The notes beneath the pieces were generated by a model, which ran no database searches, was not told the origin of the DNA, and saw only the letters and a program-made list of their open reading frames with translations. From Deltaproteobacteria bacterium (GTDB lineage Bacteria; Desulfobacterota; B13-G15; RBG-16-54-18), in assembly GCA_016927065.1 (NCBI GenBank), contig JAFGNJ010000020.1:10923-74922 (forward strand): 64,000 bases of DNA, in the 5' to 3' direction. This document shows, piece after piece, positions 59,846-64,000 of this stretch. The number at the start of each line of letters is the position of its first letter. Position 1 is the first letter of the stretch. The position numbers and the translations under genes are program-made.

Positions 59846-61153
59846 ATGTGGCGAAAATATTCAAGAAAAAATTATCTATTCTCCCACAACAAAACATCAT
59901 TGCCTATCCAAAACCAGCTGTGTGACCCTCTCTTTTTTTACAAGTCAAGCTTTTTGAGATATTTGAAAAAAATAAGTATCCTTTTTGTCCTCGTCTCCGC
60001 CCTTTTCGGTTGTGGCATCAGGACGCAGATCCCCCCTCCGGAAGTTCCACAAGAACCTCGCCCTTTCAATCAACTAACCATTGCTGCCATCGGCGACATC
60101 ATGGTCCATGGCGCGCAATTAACGTCGGCATGGGATGTTGAAAACGATACCTACGATTTTGAGCCTGTCTTCTCCACGGCTAAAGACTTTCTCTCTGCCG
60201 CCGACTTGACCATCGGCAATTTAGAGACAACGCTACCCGGCAGGAAAAAGCTGTACGCCGGGTATCCACGATTCGGCACACCCGATGCCCTTGTTACAGC
60301 CATACACGGAGCTGGTATAGATATACTCACGACGGCCAACAATCACTCGTGCGATACGGGCAAACGAGGCGTGGTCCAAACAATCAAGGTCTTGGACGAG
60401 TACAACATCCTGCACGTTGGGACCTATCGTAACAAATCAGAATATGAAGCCAACCGTATTCTGATGGTCGAACGCAACTACATCAGGCTTGCCTTGCTCA
60501 GTTACACGTACGGCCTCAATGACATGCCTATTCCTAAGGGAACGCATGTAAACCTTATTGATAAACAGCAGATGACGGAAGACATTGCCCTGGCAAGGGA
60601 ACAATTCCCGGACTTCATCATCGTTCTCATCCACTATGGGAAGGAATATGAGCGCTACCCCGATCAGTTTCAGAAGGAGATAGTCGCTTTCCTCTTTAAT
60701 GAAGGGGTTGATATTGTCTTGGGGAGTCACCCTCATGTTGTGCAGCCTTTTGTCCTCAGACAGGTCACCGACAAATACGGCGATACAAAACCCCGCCTCG
60801 TGATATACTCATTGGGGAATTTCGTATCCAATCAAAGAGATCGCTACCGTGATGGGGGTATTATCTTTAAATTCATCCTACAAAAAAATTACACGACCAA
60901 TAAAAGCATAACACGGAATATCACCAACATACACTACATCCCCACGTGGGTCTATGTCCACCGTACAGCAGATAAAAATCAATTTTACATCTTACCGATC
61001 CCGAAATATCTCAAAAACGACCAGCCGTTACACCTGCCGGAAGACGCTTATCAAAAAATGTTGACCTTTTACAAGGATACACAATTACATCTGCTATCAA
61101 GCCCAATCCAAATAAAACAAGAGATGAAGATCCCACTGCCTAAGGAGGAATAA
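59846..61153 (+). CDS. CapA/PGA_cap family metallophosphatase-like lipoprotein
   Basis: GDIMVH, GNLET, TANNHSCD, HYG, GSHPHV, YSLGNF; lipobox LFGC; start uncertain. Confidence 0.88.
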   Translation: MWRKYSRKNYLFSHNKTSLPIQNQLCDPLFFYKSSFLRYLKKISILFVLVSALFGCGIRTQIPPPEVPQEPRPFNQLTIAAIGDIMVHGAQLTSAWDVENDTYDFEPVFSTAKDFLSAADLTIGNLETTLPGRKKLYAGYPRFGTPDALVTAIHGAGIDILTTANNHSCDTGKRGVVQTIKVLDEYNILHVGTYRNKSEYEANRILMVERNYIRLALLSYTYGLNDMPIPKGTHVNLIDKQQMTEDIALAREQFPDFIIVLIHYGKEYERYPDQFQKEIVAFLFNEGVDIVLGSHPHVVQPFVLRQVTDKYGDTKPRLVIYSLGNFVSNQRDRYRDGGIIFKFILQKNYTTNKSITRNITNIHYIPTWVYVHRTADKNQFYILPIPKYLKNDQPLHLPEDAYQKMLTFYKDTQLHLLSSPIQIKQEMKIPLPKEE

Positions 61154-61174
61154 GAGGTAGGGGTTGCACGTGAG

Positions 61175-61603
61175 ATGGGAAAGGAACTCTGGTACAAAGA
61201 CGGCCTTTGTTTTGAGTGCCTGCAATGTGGAAGCTGCTGTAGCGGATTCTCCGGTACGGTGCGAGTCAGCGATGTAGAGATTAGTGCGCTCGCTCACCGT
61301 CTTGGTCTCCCGGAGGCCGATTTTCGCAAACATTATACGCGCGTTGTGGGTGGCGGGGTGATCAGTCTCATCGAAAAGCCGAACAAGGACTGTATCTTTT
61401 TTGAAAGAGAGCGGGGGTGCACGGTGTACGAAGACCGCCCCCGACAGTGCCGGACCTGGCCGTTCTGGCGTTCAAACGTCTATTCACCCCATGCGTGGAA
61501 ACGGGGGGCCAAAAGGTGCCCCGGTATGAATAGTGGCCATCTCCACCCCGCCGACCTCATTAAGGAGATGAGTGAAGACGATGGAAGTTTGGGCGCCGGT
61601 TAG
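61175..61603 (+). CDS. YkgJ-family Cys-cluster protein
   Basis: CLQCGSCC, CIF, CTVYEDRPRQCRTWPF, CPG. Confidence 0.9.
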   Translation: MGKELWYKDGLCFECLQCGSCCSGFSGTVRVSDVEISALAHRLGLPEADFRKHYTRVVGGGVISLIEKPNKDCIFFERERGCTVYEDRPRQCRTWPFWRSNVYSPHAWKRGAKRCPGMNSGHLHPADLIKEMSEDDGSLGAG

Positions 61604-61791
61604 GTGCTGATATAACTTGAAGCAAGTACCCTTTTATTGCCCGGATGGAGGTACCGTGTAAAGACTCATGTGCAAGGTCACCTTCTTAACAAAAACAAAT
61701 AGATACCTCGACAAAATTAAACACTTAGTCGTTGTAATAGGCTGCATAACCTCCTTTTCCCAAAACCCACCTCTCAACACCCCTCCTGATG

Positions 61792-61824
61792 ACCGGAGAG
61801 CATATTATTCTCCGGTTCTCTTTT
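61792..61824 (+). terminator. Possible rho-independent terminator
   Basis: ACCGGAGA-9nt-TCTCCGGT followed by TCTCTTTT. Confidence 0.4.
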
Positions 61825-61950
61825 GTGAGCTTTGGTATTATATTTGTAACAATCTTGGTTTTTGTTACGGTATGTGGTATCAGTTCAAACAGGGGTGCCA
61901 TGCACAATTGTCAAGACGGATTCTAGGGTTACCAACGAGGAGGATATATT

Positions 61951-62499
61951 ATGTTTCTTGATCTCATAAAAAAGAGAAGGAGTATCAGAAAGTTCTTGGA
62001 CAAGCCGATCGAGGCTGAGCAGATCGACCTCCTGCTTGAAGCGGCACTCCGTGCCCCGTCGTCCAGGGGATTGAACCCCTGGGAGTTTATCATGGTGACG
62101 GACCGGGATTTGTTGGGAAAGCTTTCGCTGGCAAAACAGCACGGGGCTACTTTCCTCAAGGATGCCCCTCTGGGTATCGTTGTGTGCGCAGACCCTCAAA
62201 CGTGCGATGTGTGGGTTGAGGACGCCTCTATCGCCTCCATTTTTATCCACCTGGCAGCCGAATCTCTGGGATTGGGGAGTTGCTGGATACAGATACGCGA
62301 GCGGATGCACAATACAAAGAAGAGCTCCCAGGAGTATATTGCTGAGCTCCTTAACATACCGGCAAAAAAGCAAGTGGAGTCGATCATCGCCATCGGACAT
62401 CCCGATGAGAAACTGCCCCCGCATGAGCAAGAAGAACTATTATATGAAAAGGTACATAAAGATACCTACGGCAGGCCCTATTACAAAGTAAGGGTATAA
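61951..62499 (+). CDS. Nitroreductase family protein
   Basis: RRSIRKF, APSS..PWEF, DASIA, LGLGSCW. Confidence 0.92.
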   Translation: MFLDLIKKRRSIRKFLDKPIEAEQIDLLLEAALRAPSSRGLNPWEFIMVTDRDLLGKLSLAKQHGATFLKDAPLGIVVCADPQTCDVWVEDASIASIFIHLAAESLGLGSCWIQIRERMHNTKKSSQEYIAELLNIPAKKQVESIIAIGHPDEKLPPHEQEELLYEKVHKDTYGRPYYKVRV

Positions 62500-62540
62500 C
62501 CTCTTCATTCCCTCACATGATGAGATCAGTACATAATAAA

Positions 62541-62578
62541 ACAGGGCATCGTCCAACAGTTGCCGGACAATGCCCTGT
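62541..62578. terminator. Hairpin between convergent genes
   Basis: ACAGGGCATCGTCC...GGACAATGCCCTGT. Confidence 0.6.
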
Positions 62579-62587
62579 GCAATGGCA

Positions 62588-63076
62588 CTACTGAACCTCT
62601 ACGTCGGTTTCTCTCTTCTCTGAGGTCTTTTGTTCCTTGACCTCAATCTTCTTTGTCTTTACCTCAGTCTTTGGGAGGGCGACTTTCAAGACGCCATCCT
62701 TGTAGTTCGCTTTAATCTTATCCGACGTTACATGCTCGGGAAAGCGGAAGCCTCGATGGAATGATCCGTACTCTCGTTCAATCCGGTGGTAGCGCTCACC
62801 CTTCTCTTCCTCTTCCTTCTTTTTTTCGCCCGTTATGCTCAAGACGCCATCTGTAAGGGTTACCTTGAGGTCTTTCGCCTCAATGCCGGGTATCTCACCG
62901 GTGATGGTATATTCCTTTTCCGTTTCAGCGATATCAAATGCCGGCACCAACTCCCCTTCTCTGCCGAAGAGCGCAGGAAGTTCTAGATCACCGAAAAACC
63001 GATCCAATACAGCAAACTCAGGTACCACAGAGAGAAACCTTCCTTGTCTGGGTATTAATCTTAATAGCCTTGTCAT
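62588..63076 (-). CDS. Hsp20/alpha-crystallin small heat-shock protein
   Basis: PAFDIAET, EIPGI, ERE-YGSF, ANYKDGVL; RBS AGGAGGTG. Confidence 0.93.
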   Translation of the reverse strand: MTRLLRLIPRQGRFLSVVPEFAVLDRFFGDLELPALFGREGELVPAFDIAETEKEYTITGEIPGIEAKDLKVTLTDGVLSITGEKKKEEEEKGERYHRIEREYGSFHRGFRFPEHVTSDKIKANYKDGVLKVALPKTEVKTKKIEVKEQKTSEKRETDVEVQ

Positions 63077-63322
63077 CGCTCTCACCTCCTTTTGTTCTAA
63101 AGAGAATTTAATCACTTTAAGTCGTGTTTCAACCTCGGTTTTTCTGTGTGGTTTTTAACGGGAGCGATGAGGACAAGCGATTTTGTGGGTAAAGTTTTTA
63201 TACTCCACTTTATTCCTCTCCCCTTGTCGAAGATCTGGCCGATGGGCCACCTTCGGCCTCCATCTTTTTGGTGGGAGGGGAGGATAGCTAGGATTTTTCC
63301 CGCCCTTGGCGGGGTAGTTTAC

Positions 63323-64000
63323 CTACGAGGCAGCCTGAAAGGCGCCGTGGAGGGCGGCGAGAGTCTTCTCAATATCTTCATCTGTGTGGGCCAAGGAGAG
63401 AAAGCCCGCTTCAAACTGGGAAGGGGCGACATAGATCCCCCCTTTGAGGAGGGCCCAGAAGTAGCGTCGGAAGGCATCAATATCGCTCTGTTTGGCTGAA
63501 TCGTAGTCGACCACCGGCCCTGGGGTGAAAAAGGTGCAGAACATGGAGCCCACACGGGTGCAGTATGTCGAGGTTTTTGAGGAATGGGCGACTTTCTCTG
63601 CCTCGGTGCAGAGGTACGCTGCCTTCTCTTCCAAGTGTTCATATACCCCCGCCTCTTTCAGGAGCTTCAGGGTCTCGATGCCGGCGGTCATGGCCAGGGG
63701 GTTTCCCGCCAGGGTCCCGGCCTGATAGACACCCCCTGCGGGGGCCAAGTTCTCCATGATCTCCCGTCTGCCGCCGAAGGCCCCTACCGGCAGCCCCCCG
63801 CCGATGATCTTGCCGAGGCAAGTGAGATCGGGTGTCACTCCATACAAACCCTGCGCGCCAGACCACCCCACCCGGAAACCGGTGATCACTTCATCGAAGA
63901 TCAAACAGATACCTTCCTGATCGCACACCTTCCTCAAACCTTCGAGAAACCCCTCCTGCGGTGTGATCACCCCCATATTCCCGGCGACGGGCTCTACGAC
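63323..64000 (-). CDS. hemL: Glutamate-1-semialdehyde 2,1-aminomutase (5' part lies beyond the window)
   Basis: [41 protein letters not shown]. Confidence 0.96.
   Translation of the reverse strand, partial: VVEPVAGNMGVITPQEGFLEGLRKVCDQEGICLIFDEVITGFRVGWSGAQGLYGVTPDLTCLGKIIGGGLPVGAFGGRREIMENLAPAGGVYQAGTLAGNPLAMTAGIETLKLLKEAGVYEHLEEKAAYLCTEAEKVAHSSKTSTYCTRVGSMFCTFFTPGPVVDYDSAKQSDIDAFRRYFWALLKGGIYVAPSQFEAGFLSLAHTDEDIEKTLAALHGAFQAAS

Noticed and set aside
1..64000. CRISPR arrays, tRNA/rRNA genes, integrase or transposase
   Set aside because: No regularly spaced direct repeats, cloverleaf/rRNA signatures or recombinase motifs seen by eye; tRNAscan-SE, Infernal and CRISPR finders were not run

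Overview
64 kb of an anaerobic bacterial chromosome, probably Desulfobacterota/deltaproteobacterial (inferred from gene content). From left to right: (1) an ~11.8 kb oxygen/ROS-defence cluster: catalase, split Hrb flavin reductase + rubredoxin, FprA, a UxxC selenoglutaredoxin missed by the ORF track, thioredoxin reductase, desulfoferrodoxin, 2-oxoacid:ferredoxin oxidoreductase, YyaL, nitroreductase, TlpA-like redoxin and peroxiredoxin; (2) two AT-rich integron-type cassettes with attC sites, one encoding a HEPN-like protein; (3) a 3080-aa cyclic beta-1,2-glucan synthase, a ferredoxin and two divergent glycosyltransferases; (4) an M50 protease, a metal exporter and a tightly coupled operon smsC-smsB-DUF166-(Isf::ArsC fusion)-(half-ferritin::histidine kinase)-purL; (5) an accessory island with an MqsR/MqsA-Panacea-type TA pair, a DEAD-box helicase and a second cassette group, bounded by 14-bp inverted repeats; (6) msrAB, a queuosine-precursor transporter and UPF0016; (7) mglA-mglB-roadblock behind a sigma54-type promoter; (8) an IclR-associated acyl-CoA catabolic/TRAP cluster; (9) a second hidden selenoprotein (CGU UshA-like domain + tetraheme cytochrome c); (10) CapA, YkgJ, nitroreductase, Hsp20 and hemL. 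No rRNA, tRNA, CRISPR array, integrase or transposase was recognised. The best candidate for an undescribed system is the orphan histidine kinase whose sensor is half of a ferritin-like di-iron motif, co-transcribed with a minimal Fe-S assembly system and an Isf-ArsC fusion. All calls come from motif reading only; no database searches were run.
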